NCBI GenBank assembly: GCA_963789265.1
Contig: CAWBKB010000005.1
Coordinates: forward strand, 352,001-416,000
Reading direction: 5' to 3'
From: an uncultured delta proteobacterium
GTDB taxonomy: Bacteria; Desulfobacterota; Desulfomonilia; Desulfomonilales; Desulfomonilaceae
DNA: 64,000 bases
The notes under the pieces are model-generated. The model saw only the letters and a list, made by a program, of their open reading frames with translations, ran no database searches and had not been told where the DNA came from. Below are positions 1 through 10,343 of the stretch, in pieces; within the stretch, counting starts at the first letter, position 1, and each line of letters begins with the position of its first letter. The position numbers and the translations under genes are program-made.

Positions 1-840
1 TTGGCGTTCATCGCATGCATGCTGATTATTGCGGGCCAACTTGGGGATCACTGTTTCGCTCAAGACAAAAACGGCCTGAAAATATTGGGATCAAAATATG
101 TGGCCTTTACGTTGATGGATTTGGCGAAGGCCTACATGGATCACCAGCCCAATGTCTCGATCAAGGTTGAAAGTGCCGACTCCTGGGAAGGATTCCATTC
201 GTTCATGAAACAGAACTCCGATGCTCTCGCGGTCTTCGGACAGTTGGATCAAGATCGGATGGATGAAGCAAAAGGGAAAGGCGTAGCCCTGACGGAAAGG
301 ATCATTGGTTGGGGTGCCGTAGCCATAATTACGCACCCGAAGAATCCCGTTAATAAGCTTACGATTGATCAGCTCAAGAAGATCTTCACGGAAGACTATA
401 AGAATTGGAAGCAAGTGGGCGGCCCCGATCTGCCTATCGTAGTAATCAGCAGAGATGAAGCGACTTCAGGAACTGAACAGCTTTTTAGTGACCTCGTGCT
501 CGATGGAATGCCGGTGGGACAGCAAACTAAACGCCTCATGTCCTACGACATAGTGCGCGCGGTCTTGAAGCAGCCCGGCTCAATTGCTGATGCCCGTTAT
601 ACAGAGGCGATTCGGGGCAGGATTAGAGGAATGGTGAAGATCCTTTCACTGTGCAAAGATGAAAACAGTCCGGCGGTGATGCCGACAGCGGAAACATTGC
701 AAAACCGCACCTATCCTCTATCTGCTCCGATGTCTGTTTATTACGATTCGAAACACTATTCCGGGGTCCTGCAAGCATTCACGGAATTCTGTTCAAGGCG
801 AGGATTGGGCAAACGGTTCGCAGAATCTTTGCCCAAATAG
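1..840 (+). CDS. PstS-family phosphate/anion-binding periplasmic protein (start may lie before window)
   Basis: PBP motifs AIITHPKNPVNKLTIDQLKKIF, NWKQVGGPD, SRDEATSGT, TYPLS; hydrophobic N-terminus. Confidence 0.8.
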   Translation: MAFIACMLIIAGQLGDHCFAQDKNGLKILGSKYVAFTLMDLAKAYMDHQPNVSIKVESADSWEGFHSFMKQNSDALAVFGQLDQDRMDEAKGKGVALTERIIGWGAVAIITHPKNPVNKLTIDQLKKIFTEDYKNWKQVGGPDLPIVVISRDEATSGTEQLFSDLVLDGMPVGQQTKRLMSYDIVRAVLKQPGSIADARYTEAIRGRIRGMVKILSLCKDENSPAVMPTAETLQNRTYPLSAPMSVYYDSKHYSGVLQAFTEFCSRRGLGKRFAESLPK

Positions 841-1089
841 CGCAAGCTCTTTCGTACCAGCTCTTGAAATAGGCCCTTTCTTTGAGGTGGACCCCTCTGT
901 GGGGAGCTCTGGAAGCCGTGATATCATTAGATAGGTGACGTTCACTCCGGCGGGGTGGGGTCACCCATTAGAGGGCCAAGGCGGGGCAGCCGCAACAACT
1001 CCGAGTGCAACATACCAGGGAAGAGGTCAGGGTGTCCGTGCTACGATTTTGACCAGTTGTCCGGTTGTCAGACAGCCTATTAAACGCGC

Positions 1090-1552
1090 CTACTCGTAAT
1101 ACCCGGCCCCAATATACAAATTTTCGCCCGGAACCCTCATAATGTAGGCTCGTTTGCGCGAAGGCTTTTTCTCGCCCGGCCTGGGCCACCAGTACGTTAT
1201 CCAACCTTTGCCCGGACCATTTGCGATCTCCTGCATTTTGACAAAGAGCAGGGTTCCCTTGCCGTCTTTGAACTTGCTGAGATCCTTTCCCCACAATCTC
1301 CTTGGCCTTGTATGGATGGGCCAGCGAAGTCACTTTGTCTAGGGACCCCGCAAACAGGTAGAGATCACCCTTGATGAACGGGCCCTTCGAGTCTCCGGTG
1401 GCCTTCAAGGTGGCTTGCACCCCTTTTGCCTTAACCATGTTTACGCCTGCCTGCACAAGCGCTTTCACTTCCGCGGCTTTGTCTGCCCTTGCGGGCCCCA
1501 CCAACAGCAGCCCGACAAGTAATATAGACCCTATCACTGCGAACTTCTTCAC
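1090..1552 (-). CDS. Secreted single Cache-domain protein, split by one frameshift at ~1290
   Basis: Signal peptide and GPFIKGDLYLF..AHPY in frame 1; GKDLSKFKDGKG..GKGWITYWWPRPG..IGAGYYE in frame 2; removing one G from a GGGG run joins them. Confidence 0.8.
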
Positions 1553-1680
1553 AAGACTCTGCCTTCCGAATTTTTGTCATGCGCCTCACAACAACTGCGA
1601 GGAATGGTTTTTCTCGCCCCGAAAAAGCCGTGCATGCCACCTCACCCCCCTAGCGAGGCAAGGTCTATGGCTCCATTCGG

Positions 1681-4281
1681 CTATGACCTGTAAATCTTCA
1701 CTCTGGCACAAACATCCAATTGGCCCGACAAGGTATCCATATTATCCCAATCGAATGCCATCAAGGCGTTTGCGTTTGCTCCCTTTCCTCTAGCTATTTG
1801 CTTAGCTCGCGCCCACTGGCCGAATATGCCGAGTATCCCTACCACTTGGGGATGAACACATTCCGTTACTCTCACCGTGCCCTTTACCTTTCCGACTCTT
1901 GATTCAACCCAGATGACGTCCCCGTCTTGAATCTCCTTCTTTCTTGCAGTTTCGGTGTTGACAAGGATTTTCTGGTCCATCGGGTTACGTTTGCACACAT
2001 CATCGATCCATGGGTTGTCGGCGCCAAGCGAGTGGTAATTAAGAGCTATTTTGCTCGTAGACAAGAACAGGTCATACTCCTTTCCATCCTCTTCGTGCGC
2101 CCCGCAAGGATGCCATTCGGGCAGGGGATGATAATGCGAGACGTCCCACCAGTCCAGTCCTAATTCGCGGGTCACTTCCTCTACTTTCTTGCCGGCATCG
2201 ATAAAATGTTCAAAGTAGACCGGCAGCCTTTTCCCCTCTACCGGGCACGAACCATGATAAGATTCTTCAATCGTCTTTTCCCCGAGTATAAGGGCCGGCT
2301 CCTTGGCGGTAAACGTGTCCGGTGTGATCTCCTTTCCCGCCACAAGTGCCGTCATCTTGGCCATTCTCATGGCTATGTCTCCGATTGTAGGCTTGTCACC
2401 CGGTTGGAGCGCAAGAAATTCGATCATGCCAAGACCTGTGCGTCTATTGATTCTATTGTTGAGTTCATCCAGAATCCCTAAGCGTTCCGCAATATCAATA
2501 AGCGTCTGATTCCAGCACTGAACTCCGGGTGGCGGGTCCACTACGGGCTGACTTATCTGGAAGTACCAGTCCCCCGGTCCCGGTTTTACGAATCCCATGG
2601 GCAAATTGGAAGGAAACAACCAATACCTTTCCAAATCGTGTGCTTCCGGGAGGACGACATCGGCGAATTCCAAAGTCTCATCGATCTTCGTTCCAAACCC
2701 AAGGATGAATTCCATATTGAGTAGAGCTTGGGCCGTCTTTTTGGGCTCCGTGGTAGTTGCAACTGGATTGGTCCGGGAGATGATCAGTACTTTCGGCTTG
2801 TACGGAAGTTTGAACCTTTCAGGGTCGGCAAGCACGAACGTCGTGATGCTTGTGATGTAGCCGGACAGAGGAAACAGACTCCTGTAATCCACTGTTGCGG
2901 GAGGGGCGATCTCTCTGGCAGGGTAAGGCTTAAGAAAGCAGGAATAGGAGCCTTCTCCGCCTGACATCAGCTCAATCGCATTGTTGGATCGAAGACCGTC
3001 TTCGGATTTGACAACGTCCCATAAACCCGAAGGCCCTTTTGGATTGGTTCCCAGAACCCCTCCCACGACGTTGATGTTACCCACTATTATGTTTAGAAGC
3101 TGTAAAGAATGGCAGCTAAAGAAAGAGTTCCTGTGCTGATTTACACCCTTTTTGAATTCAACGCCGGCAGGCCTGTACGGAAGCCGGTGTCCCGCGATCG
3201 TTATGGTGCTCCCTATTTGAGCTGCTTTTCCGAACTCCATCGCGATTCGGGAAATGGTTTTTGCAGGCACTGTAGTAATCTTTGAGACCCGATCGAGATC
3301 ATAATTCTCTTCTATATGCTCTTTGATCAAGTCAAAAGCCGGCCTGCATTTAACATCACCTACGGTGTAGGTGCCCTCTATAGCATAGTCTCCGATGCTC
3401 TCATCGTCATAATCTCTCGGCTCCCCGTTAACGGAATCCCAAACCAAAGGCTTGCCGCTTTTCATGCTCCTTACGTAGTGTCCATTTTCGCCGATCAGAT
3501 ACGGGGAGTTTGTGGCTTTCTTGAGGTATTCTCGATCGTATATGCCCAGATCATTGATTAAGACGTTCAACATTCCTAAAGCCATGGCCCCGTCTGTTCC
3601 AGGGAGGATTGGAATCCATTCGTCTGCCTTGGCGGCCGCATGGCCGCAGATGGGATCTATAACCACCAGCTTTGCTCCGCGCCTCCGGGCATTGGCCATA
3701 TCCCTGGCATTGGCCAAAGGATTATTGTTTACGCCGTGCCCGAGTTGCGACCCCCAAAGCACTATGTAGTTGCAATAATCGAGGTCAATTTCCATATTTA
3801 CCGAGCCCACGGTAAGCTCGCAGAGAGTGTGAAGGCCGTTGCCGCATGAAACCGTGAAGTATTCGCAGTTTGGAGTACCGAATGCACCTCCGAATGCATG
3901 CGCTATGTTAGCGTTGTGCAGATCGAAATGGCCGATGACGAGTTCTCTCGGATCTTCCTCCCTGATTTTCTGAAGTTTTTCAACAATTATGTCCATGGCT
4001 TCTTCGCGGCTGATTTCAACCCATTTCGGGTCGACTCCTATCCCCTTTTGAGGGTTGGTCCTCTTGAGCGGTTTCGTTATCCGGTTAGGACTGTACAGTT
4101 CTACTAGTCTGGCTATCCCTTTTCCGCAGATCTTTCCGCGAGAGCTGGTCACCTTCGGCTCGCCTCTGATTTCAACGACCTTGCCACCCTTTGCCCTTGC
4201 CTGGATCGCGCAGGCATTGAAGCAACCGCTGCACGTTGTCGGGATCCATTCCCCTTCCTTGCTGATTTCAGGATCTAGCAT
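1681..4281 (-). CDS. Mo-bisPGD oxidoreductase catalytic subunit (DMSO reductase family, PadB-like), no Tat signal
   Basis: CSGCFNAC..CGKG 4Fe-4S motif, TKPLKRTNPQKGIGVDPKW, CGNGLH, ADEWIPILPGTDGAMALG, ADVVLP, C-terminal molydop-binding domain; RBS AAGGAGG before ATG 4281. Confidence 0.9.
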   Translation of the reverse strand: MLDPEISKEGEWIPTTCSGCFNACAIQARAKGGKVVEIRGEPKVTSSRGKICGKGIARLVELYSPNRITKPLKRTNPQKGIGVDPKWVEISREEAMDIIVEKLQKIREEDPRELVIGHFDLHNANIAHAFGGAFGTPNCEYFTVSCGNGLHTLCELTVGSVNMEIDLDYCNYIVLWGSQLGHGVNNNPLANARDMANARRRGAKLVVIDPICGHAAAKADEWIPILPGTDGAMALGMLNVLINDLGIYDREYLKKATNSPYLIGENGHYVRSMKSGKPLVWDSVNGEPRDYDDESIGDYAIEGTYTVGDVKCRPAFDLIKEHIEENYDLDRVSKITTVPAKTISRIAMEFGKAAQIGSTITIAGHRLPYRPAGVEFKKGVNQHRNSFFSCHSLQLLNIIVGNINVVGGVLGTNPKGPSGLWDVVKSEDGLRSNNAIELMSGGEGSYSCFLKPYPAREIAPPATVDYRSLFPLSGYITSITTFVLADPERFKLPYKPKVLIISRTNPVATTTEPKKTAQALLNMEFILGFGTKIDETLEFADVVLPEAHDLERYWLFPSNLPMGFVKPGPGDWYFQISQPVVDPPPGVQCWNQTLIDIAERLGILDELNNRINRRTGLGMIEFLALQPGDKPTIGDIAMRMAKMTALVAGKEITPDTFTAKEPALILGEKTIEESYHGSCPVEGKRLPVYFEHFIDAGKKVEEVTRELGLDWWDVSHYHPLPEWHPCGAHEEDGKEYDLFLSTSKIALNYHSLGADNPWIDDVCKRNPMDQKILVNTETARKKEIQDGDVIWVESRVGKVKGTVRVTECVHPQVVGILGIFGQWARAKQIARGKGANANALMAFDWDNMDTLSGQLDVCARVKIYRS

Positions 4282-4336
4282 TGGTGCCTCCTTTTTTGTT
4301 TCTGTTTGGTAGATTCGAGAGTTGCTTTCGAGTAGA

Positions 4337-4546
4337 TCAGAGTTGCGCAAGATCCTGGGAAATCGCCTCGATTGTCTGCTGCGTAATACGGCCTCCAGAG
4401 AAGGGTATGATCTGGGCGAGCGTCATGCCCATTGCCAATTTTATCCGGGGGTCGGTCAACAATTCCGGGCAGTGCCTTTCGAGGACTGCCTTACCGCGTT
4501 CGTCGTCCAAAAGTGCCGAAATCTTCGATTCAACTGTGAGCGCCAT
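4337..4546 (-). CDS. Small hypothetical protein (69 aa) within the operon
   Basis: RBS AAAGGAGAGG, co-oriented, protein-like composition. Confidence 0.65.
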   Translation of the reverse strand: MALTVESKISALLDDERGKAVLERHCPELLTDPRIKLAMGMTLAQIIPFSGGRITQQTIEAISQDLAQL

Positions 4547-4638
4547 TTGTCCTCTCCTTTTTGTTAAATCATTGGGTTATTGGCCGTTACGGTTTTGTGG
4601 AAGGAATTGCCCCAGCGGTTGTACGAAACGAGCCCCTC

Positions 4639-5505
4639 TTACTGTTCGGATCTGTACTTTTGTTCCAGTTCCGTGTAGTAGGGAGCCTTCAGCCAGCTAT
4701 TCAACTGCTGAAAAGACATTGTCAACGCCTGGAAATCCCTTTGGCGACCGGTATCTTTGAGCCGCCCGACCTCCTCGTTGCAGGCTGTGATAGCTGCTGC
4801 TATGCACACCGCCGGAAGAATCACCAGCGCATATCCCATAGCTTTCAGCTCTTCCATGGAAAGATTTGGCGTCAAAGGAGCCATGTTGATCAGAAGCGGT
4901 TTCCCTCTCACTAGTCTTGGTATCTCTTCCATCTGCTCGCGTGTTTGCGGCGCTTCGACAAAAAGGATGTCCGCCCCGGCTTCGCCGTACTTTCGTGTAC
5001 GCTCGACCGCATCATCGAAACCGTTGCAGGCCAGGGAATCCGTACGGGCGATAATCAAAAAGTCAGAGCTTTGCCTGCTATCGACCGCGGCTTTGATCTT
5101 GGCGACCATGTCCTCAGCTCCTATCACTTTCTTGCCGCTCATGTGGCCGCATCTTTTCGGCCATTCCTGGTCTTCTATGTGAATGGCCGCGGCTCCGGCT
5201 TTTTCGTACTCTCGTACCGTGCGGACCATGTTCATAGGGTTGCCGTACCCGGTATCGGCATCGGCTATAAGAGGAATGTTCACCGCGTCGGCAATGCGTG
5301 CCGCATTCTGAACCATCTCCGTCATAGTTGCGAACCCCAGGTCGGGCAGACCGAGCATTGAGACGGAAGTGCCGTAGCCACTCATGTACAGGGCAGAAAA
5401 TCCGTGTGCCTCAACGATCTTTGCCGTCAGAGCATCATAGACTCCCGGTGCGACGACGAAACCTTCTTTTGCGAGCAATTCCTTCAGATTCTTCTTTGCA
5501 CTCAT
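4639..5505 (-). CDS. Isocitrate lyase/PEP mutase family C-C lyase (methylisocitrate/dimethylmalate lyase-like)
   Basis: APGVYDALTA, DADTGYG, HIEDQ..PKRCGH, IIARTD, FVEAP motifs. Confidence 0.9.
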   Translation of the reverse strand: MSAKKNLKELLAKEGFVVAPGVYDALTAKIVEAHGFSALYMSGYGTSVSMLGLPDLGFATMTEMVQNAARIADAVNIPLIADADTGYGNPMNMVRTVREYEKAGAAAIHIEDQEWPKRCGHMSGKKVIGAEDMVAKIKAAVDSRQSSDFLIIARTDSLACNGFDDAVERTRKYGEAGADILFVEAPQTREQMEEIPRLVRGKPLLINMAPLTPNLSMEELKAMGYALVILPAVCIAAAITACNEEVGRLKDTGRQRDFQALTMSFQQLNSWLKAPYYTELEQKYRSEQ

Positions 5506-5521
5506 CAATCATCCTCCCCAG

Positions 5522-6382
5522 TTATTCGTAGGCTCGCGGCGCAAGACGCAGTGACGGAAGCTGCTCGGGATCATGCCCGTAGATAACGCGAATATCCGGA
5601 AAACGGGTCAGCAGGGCCTTGAGTTGTTTGACGCTCTCCATTGCGCTCGCATAGTGGCCTATCGGAGGCAGCTCTTCTTCCAGGTTGCTCTTCCGGTGGG
5701 CGGCGTCGAAAGTCAGCAGAATCGGGCTTTGGGAATCATTCAAAAGGATCGACACGTGCCCCGGAGAATGCCCGGCCGTGCGAATGACAAATACAGAGCC
5801 GTCATTGAAGAAATCCGATACCGCGCCCAGCGGATGGATTGACAGGGGAAAGTCCAACGGACGGATATCGAAGCCGGCCAGATGCGCTCCTATATATCCT
5901 TTGAACAAACTGAAGCGGGATCGAGCTGTATCCATCTCAGAGCGATCGATATAGACCTTGACTCCCGGCTGCCCCTTGAATAGGGGGAGTCCGCTGGAAT
6001 GATCGAGATGCAGATGGGACAAGACTATATTTCGGATGTTGCTCACGGAGAGATTCATCAACTTCAACTGGCTGGCAACGTCCTTGCCTTTCTCCACCCT
6101 CGTCTTGACGATTCTTCCCAGAAGCGCTCCGAAATTCCCGCGTTTGCGCTCGGAAAAGCTCGGATGTAGCCCGGTGTCGAGCAGCAAATATCCTTGTTCG
6201 GGATGTTCGACCAGGTATGAGAAAACAGGATTGAATCTAGTATCTTTAGGTCTTGACTTAAAGCGGGGATCCTTTTTGTTGACATGGATGTTCCCGCTCA
6301 TATGCACATAACCGGTGTGCATAACGTAAAGCTTCAAGGGTACCCTTCGTTTGAAGTACTCATTCCAGCTTTTCAAGGTCAC
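5522..6382 (-). CDS. MBL-fold metallo-hydrolase, AHL-lactonase-like
   Basis: LLDTG, SHLHLDH, GHSPGH, DAAH, GHDP motifs. Confidence 0.85.
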   Translation of the reverse strand: MTLKSWNEYFKRRVPLKLYVMHTGYVHMSGNIHVNKKDPRFKSRPKDTRFNPVFSYLVEHPEQGYLLLDTGLHPSFSERKRGNFGALLGRIVKTRVEKGKDVASQLKLMNLSVSNIRNIVLSHLHLDHSSGLPLFKGQPGVKVYIDRSEMDTARSRFSLFKGYIGAHLAGFDIRPLDFPLSIHPLGAVSDFFNDGSVFVIRTAGHSPGHVSILLNDSQSPILLTFDAAHRKSNLEEELPPIGHYASAMESVKQLKALLTRFPDIRVIYGHDPEQLPSLRLAPRAYE

Positions 6383-6506
6383 CTCCTCAACGTCGCCCGG
6401 TGCCCTGGAACGGCCGCCGATCTTTTCGATCGATGCGATGCCATCCCTCCAAAGAGGTTTCTCTCACGGGACCCCCAATCGGGGCCTGAATTCGTTTGGC
6501 GAAACC

Positions 6507-6998
6507 TCAATTGATTACTTCTTTCAAATATTCGAGTATTCCTCCCCTATCGAGTATTTGTTGCACCTCTTCGGACAGTGGCTCCCGTTGAAGATGCACA
6601 CTCGTGGTCAGGTTTTCGAGCTTGAATTCCTTTATCAATACCTGCCCTCTATGACCCTCTTCGAATATCTTCCGGGCTCCCTTGCAGGTCAGAACCGGCA
6701 GTCCGATAGCGATTGCGTTCCTGAAGAAGATTCGTCCGAATGACTCAGCCACCACGCATCCGATACCCGCCTGTTTTAGGGCGGATGGAGCATGTTCTCT
6801 CCTCGAGCCGCAGCCGAAGTTCTTTCCTGCGACAATAATGTCTCCTCGCTTCACTTCTGCGGCGAAGTTCGGCTTAACACTCTCGAGGACGTGTGAAACC
6901 ACTTGCTCCAAAGGAAGATCCAAATATTCTCCGGGCACAATGAGGTCAGTATCGACGTCATCTCCGAACACCCAAACCTTTCCCCGTATTATTTCCAC
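6507..6998 (-). CDS. LeuD/DmdB-like hydratase small subunit
   Basis: [36 protein letters not shown]. Confidence 0.9.
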   Translation of the reverse strand: MEIIRGKVWVFGDDVDTDLIVPGEYLDLPLEQVVSHVLESVKPNFAAEVKRGDIIVAGKNFGCGSRREHAPSALKQAGIGCVVAESFGRIFFRNAIAIGLPVLTCKGARKIFEEGHRGQVLIKEFKLENLTTSVHLQREPLSEEVQQILDRGGILEYLKEVIN

Positions 6999-7008
6999 TT
7001 AAACCTCC

Positions 7009-8262
7009 CTAGATTTCTCTGGGATCTGTGATGCATCCATGAACGGCGGATGCAGCTACCGTCGCCGGCGAGGCTAGAAAGATCTCAGCCATGTCGCTTC
7101 CCATGCGGCCTTTGAAATTTCTGTTGGTACTGGATATGCATCTTTCTCCAGGGGCCAGAATTCCCATGTGCCCTCCGAAGCACGGGCCGCACCCGGGATT
7201 CAGAATAATTCCCCCTGAATCGATGAGCGTAGCGAGAGTTCCGTCATCCAGGGCCTGGCGATATACTTCCCACGACGCGGGGACGACCAGAAGACGAGTG
7301 CCCGAGTGAACCCTTCTTCCCTTTATGAGTTTGGCGGCAAGCTGGAGATCCTCCAGGCGGCCGTTGGTACACGACCCAAGTACGGCCTGTTGAATCTCTA
7401 TCGTTTCCAGATGAGACACCGGCTTTACATTGTTTACCGAATGGGGAAGAGACACCTGAGGCTCGATCTCCGAAAGATCGATCGTGTAAACTTCCGAAAC
7501 TGCTGCGTCTTCTTCATGAGCAAAGCATTCCAGTTCGTTTCCCGTCCGCTCGCGAAGGTAGTCAAGGGTGGTCTTGTCAGGAGCAAAAATGCCGAATTTC
7601 GCTCCAATTTCGACGGACATATTGCTAATTGTGAGGCGGCTGGCCAGGCTCATCTGCTCAACCGCGGGGCCCATGAATTCAACGGACTTGTACTGGGCCA
7701 TATCGGTCGAATAGTCTCCCGCGATCTTTAGAATCACATCCTTGGATGTAACCGGGAAGGACATGTTTCCCGAAAGGATGAATCGAATAGTTTCCGGAAC
7801 TCGAAACCACAGGCTGCCCGTTGCAAGTACATAGGCCATTTCGGAGACGCCTATGCCACAAGCGGCTGCTCCTAGTGCGCCGTAGGTGCAGGTATGGGAA
7901 TCAGTGCCGACGACCAATTCTCCTGGAAGCACGTGGCCTTTTTCTATCATGACCTGATGAGCAATCCCGGCGTTATGCTCATAAAACTTATTGATCCCGT
8001 ACTTCTTTACGCTCGCCCTGACCAACTGGTGGATGGCAGCGGCTCGCTGGGTCGGAGCTGGAACATAGTGATCCAGAACCACAACGATTCGATCGGGATC
8101 GCTGACTTTGGTCACACCAGCGGAAGCGAGCATTGAAGCAACCAAAGCAAAGGCTTCATGGCTGATGATTTTGTCTATTTTGGCAGTCACATATTCTCCG
8201 GGACTGACTTTCTCCCTGCCGGATGCTCTCGCCAGGATCTTTTCTGCAATGGTCTCTGGCAT
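7009..8262 (-). CDS. LeuC/DmdA-like 4Fe-4S hydratase large subunit
   Basis: GTDSHTCTYGALG, GSCTNGR, PGCGPCFG, STNRNFKGRMG. Confidence 0.92.
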   Translation of the reverse strand: MPETIAEKILARASGREKVSPGEYVTAKIDKIISHEAFALVASMLASAGVTKVSDPDRIVVVLDHYVPAPTQRAAAIHQLVRASVKKYGINKFYEHNAGIAHQVMIEKGHVLPGELVVGTDSHTCTYGALGAAACGIGVSEMAYVLATGSLWFRVPETIRFILSGNMSFPVTSKDVILKIAGDYSTDMAQYKSVEFMGPAVEQMSLASRLTISNMSVEIGAKFGIFAPDKTTLDYLRERTGNELECFAHEEDAAVSEVYTIDLSEIEPQVSLPHSVNNVKPVSHLETIEIQQAVLGSCTNGRLEDLQLAAKLIKGRRVHSGTRLLVVPASWEVYRQALDDGTLATLIDSGGIILNPGCGPCFGGHMGILAPGERCISSTNRNFKGRMGSDMAEIFLASPATVAASAVHGCITDPREI

Positions 8263-8295
8263 AGATTGGTTTCCTCTTGGTTAAAAGTTTGTGAA

Positions 8296-8901
8296 TCAGC
8301 GGACGTAGTAAACTGAAGGATCGGTTCCTTTTGTCTGAAGAAGTTGATAACCATGCCGTCTCTTTATCAGTATGGATATCTCGCTTTCAGGATCACTCAA
8401 ATCTCCGAACACCCTGCAACTGGTGGGGCATACTTCCACACAGGCCGGCACTTCTCCCTTCTTGAGCCTGTCAGCGCAAAAATTACACTTCTGAACTACG
8501 CCCTTCAGGCCTCTCAACTCCGCGACATCATGGGGAAGCGGTGTGTCCGGAAAATAAAAGAGCTCTTCTTTGACATAGCTTCTGGCATCATACGGGCATG
8601 CCGGTATGCACGCCCTGCATCCTATGCATTTGTCGTAGTCGATAAGGACCAGTCCGTCTTCGGCTATGTGGGTGGCCCCGGTCGGGCAGACTCTTTCACA
8701 CGGAGGATCGGCACAATGATTGCAAAGCATCGGCACGAAAAGCCTTGTTACGTTTGGGTATTTGCCGGATTCCTTTTCCAGGACCTTGCACCAGAAGACA
8801 CCGGGCTGGGTGCCGTGCGCCGCCTTGCATGCCATGGTACAAGCATTGCACGAAATGCAGAGCCTCAGATCAATAACCATGCCGTATCTCATCATTTTCA
8901 C
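8296..8901 (-). CDS. 4x[4Fe-4S] electron-transfer subunit (DmsB/PadC-like)
   Basis: CISCNACTMAC, CNHCADPPCERVCP, CIGCRACIPACP, KCNFC..PACVEVCP. Confidence 0.92.
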   Translation of the reverse strand: MKMMRYGMVIDLRLCISCNACTMACKAAHGTQPGVFWCKVLEKESGKYPNVTRLFVPMLCNHCADPPCERVCPTGATHIAEDGLVLIDYDKCIGCRACIPACPYDARSYVKEELFYFPDTPLPHDVAELRGLKGVVQKCNFCADRLKKGEVPACVEVCPTSCRVFGDLSDPESEISILIKRRHGYQLLQTKGTDPSVYYVR

Positions 8902-8937
8902 GACCTCCTGCTTGTCATGCCGTCATCTCAGCGGAAG

Positions 8938-9803
8938 CTACCCGATTACCGGCTCATAAACGCCTGCTCTAAGAATGGCCAGCCTGGAGCAATAATCCCC
9001 TATAAGCCTCGATACCATCGCGATGAAAAAGGTTGTAGATGAAGCAGCATAGCCAGCGGCCCCGGCGGCCAATGCTGCCGGTAGAACTACTGCCAGAGGA
9101 ACGAAAATCCCCAACAGGACGGCACCCCCGAGGTGGAGCGGTATTAATCTGCCTTTTGTGAGCAACCTCACAGATTCGCGCGCCGCACTTGAGGATCTGG
9201 ATAGCACCATGACGTGGATTATCAGCAAGAAAAGAGTGCCGAAAAGCAAGATCAGATCGAGTGTGATGGGGTTGAAGGGTTTGACGACCGTGCTACCGCC
9301 AACCGAGAGGAGAAACAGCAACACCGAGGTGCCCGTGGTCAATGAATGGAAGAGAAACAGCAATGGGATAAGCGGGGTATTCCAAAATGGTATAGATGAC
9401 ATTGAGGAAACTACACAAAGCCCGTATAGATAACGGTCAGGAAGGCCAAGATGGCAAGCACTGTCCGAAATACGGGGGCAAAGGACGAGTTCCTGACGGA
9501 AGGAAAAAAGACATATAGAATTCCAAGTATACACAAGCAGCCGATAAACACGGATCCGCGGCTGATCCAGGCGCTGTTTGTCCCCGCCAGTGCCTTCCAC
9601 GATCTCATGGGGTTTCCGAGATCCAGAATCAGCGCAGCCACCCCCAGCAATACCATAATAAGGCCTGCGAGTAGCCCAAGTCTAAAATCGCATAGCAGTG
9701 AGAGTAGAAGCGTTGCCGCCCCGGCGCCTTCAAGAGTGAAATTGGCGGCAACGAGCAGATCGAATTCCTTGTTTGCTCTAAAACCAACCACGAATTCATT
9801 CAT
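8938..9803 (-). CDS. NrfD/DmsC-like membrane anchor, frameshift at ~9412
   Basis: DLGNPMRSW..SAWISRG (frame 1) and SIPFWNTPL (frame 2); multiple TM helices; adjacent to FeS subunit. Confidence 0.8.
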
Positions 9804-9920
9804 AGCCGGAGTCCTCCCTTCCCTAGTTTAAACTCTTCACGAGATCCGTTTTATCCGGGCATACAGTTCTCCATACGCAGTGTTGTCTCTCGACTTGGAG
9901 GGCAGATGTCTGACTAAAAA

Positions 9921-9945
9921 TATACTGGCGGTATACTATTGTCAA
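9921..9945 (-). promoter_or_regulatory. Sigma70-like promoter with overlapping palindromic operator
   Basis: Minus strand TTGACA-17-TATTTT; palindrome TATAC-N5-GTATA at 9921-9935. Confidence 0.65.
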
Positions 9946-10035
9946 GGGATTTTTTGCTGCCGATAATCATTTATGATGTGCTCAAAAATAGACATCATGC
10001 CGATAGGAAGTCGATGTCACTCATTGTGAGCTTGA

Positions 10036-10051
10036 TACACTGGTAGTATAC
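10036..10051. promoter_or_regulatory. Second operator copy
   Basis: TACACTGGTAGTATAC matches the 9921 and 11167 sites. Confidence 0.5.
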
Positions 10052-10343
10052 TCAATAATGCCTGGTACGCACCCGCCGTGACTTCGGCATGCGCACATCT
10101 GCCTATTCCCCGGAATCGCATCCCGCAGCGCTCATACGGACCGGCAAAATCGACAGCGGATCGACTCAAAGGACACGTTGGACACGTAATCACAGACACG
10201 TCCGACACCTTTCCCCCCTCTTGCTCGCATTCCCGGACGTATGCCTTGTCTCCCCCTCACGGCAGGCTGGATGAGTCCATCCAGTGCCTTCGACATTCAG
10301 GCGGTCGTAGCTGCTGTGCCTGTTTTCATCGGGGGGTCCTTTC

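Noticed and set aside
6507..8262. Housekeeping leuCD
   Set aside because: No leuA/leuB nearby and the context is catabolic, so no gene symbols were assigned.
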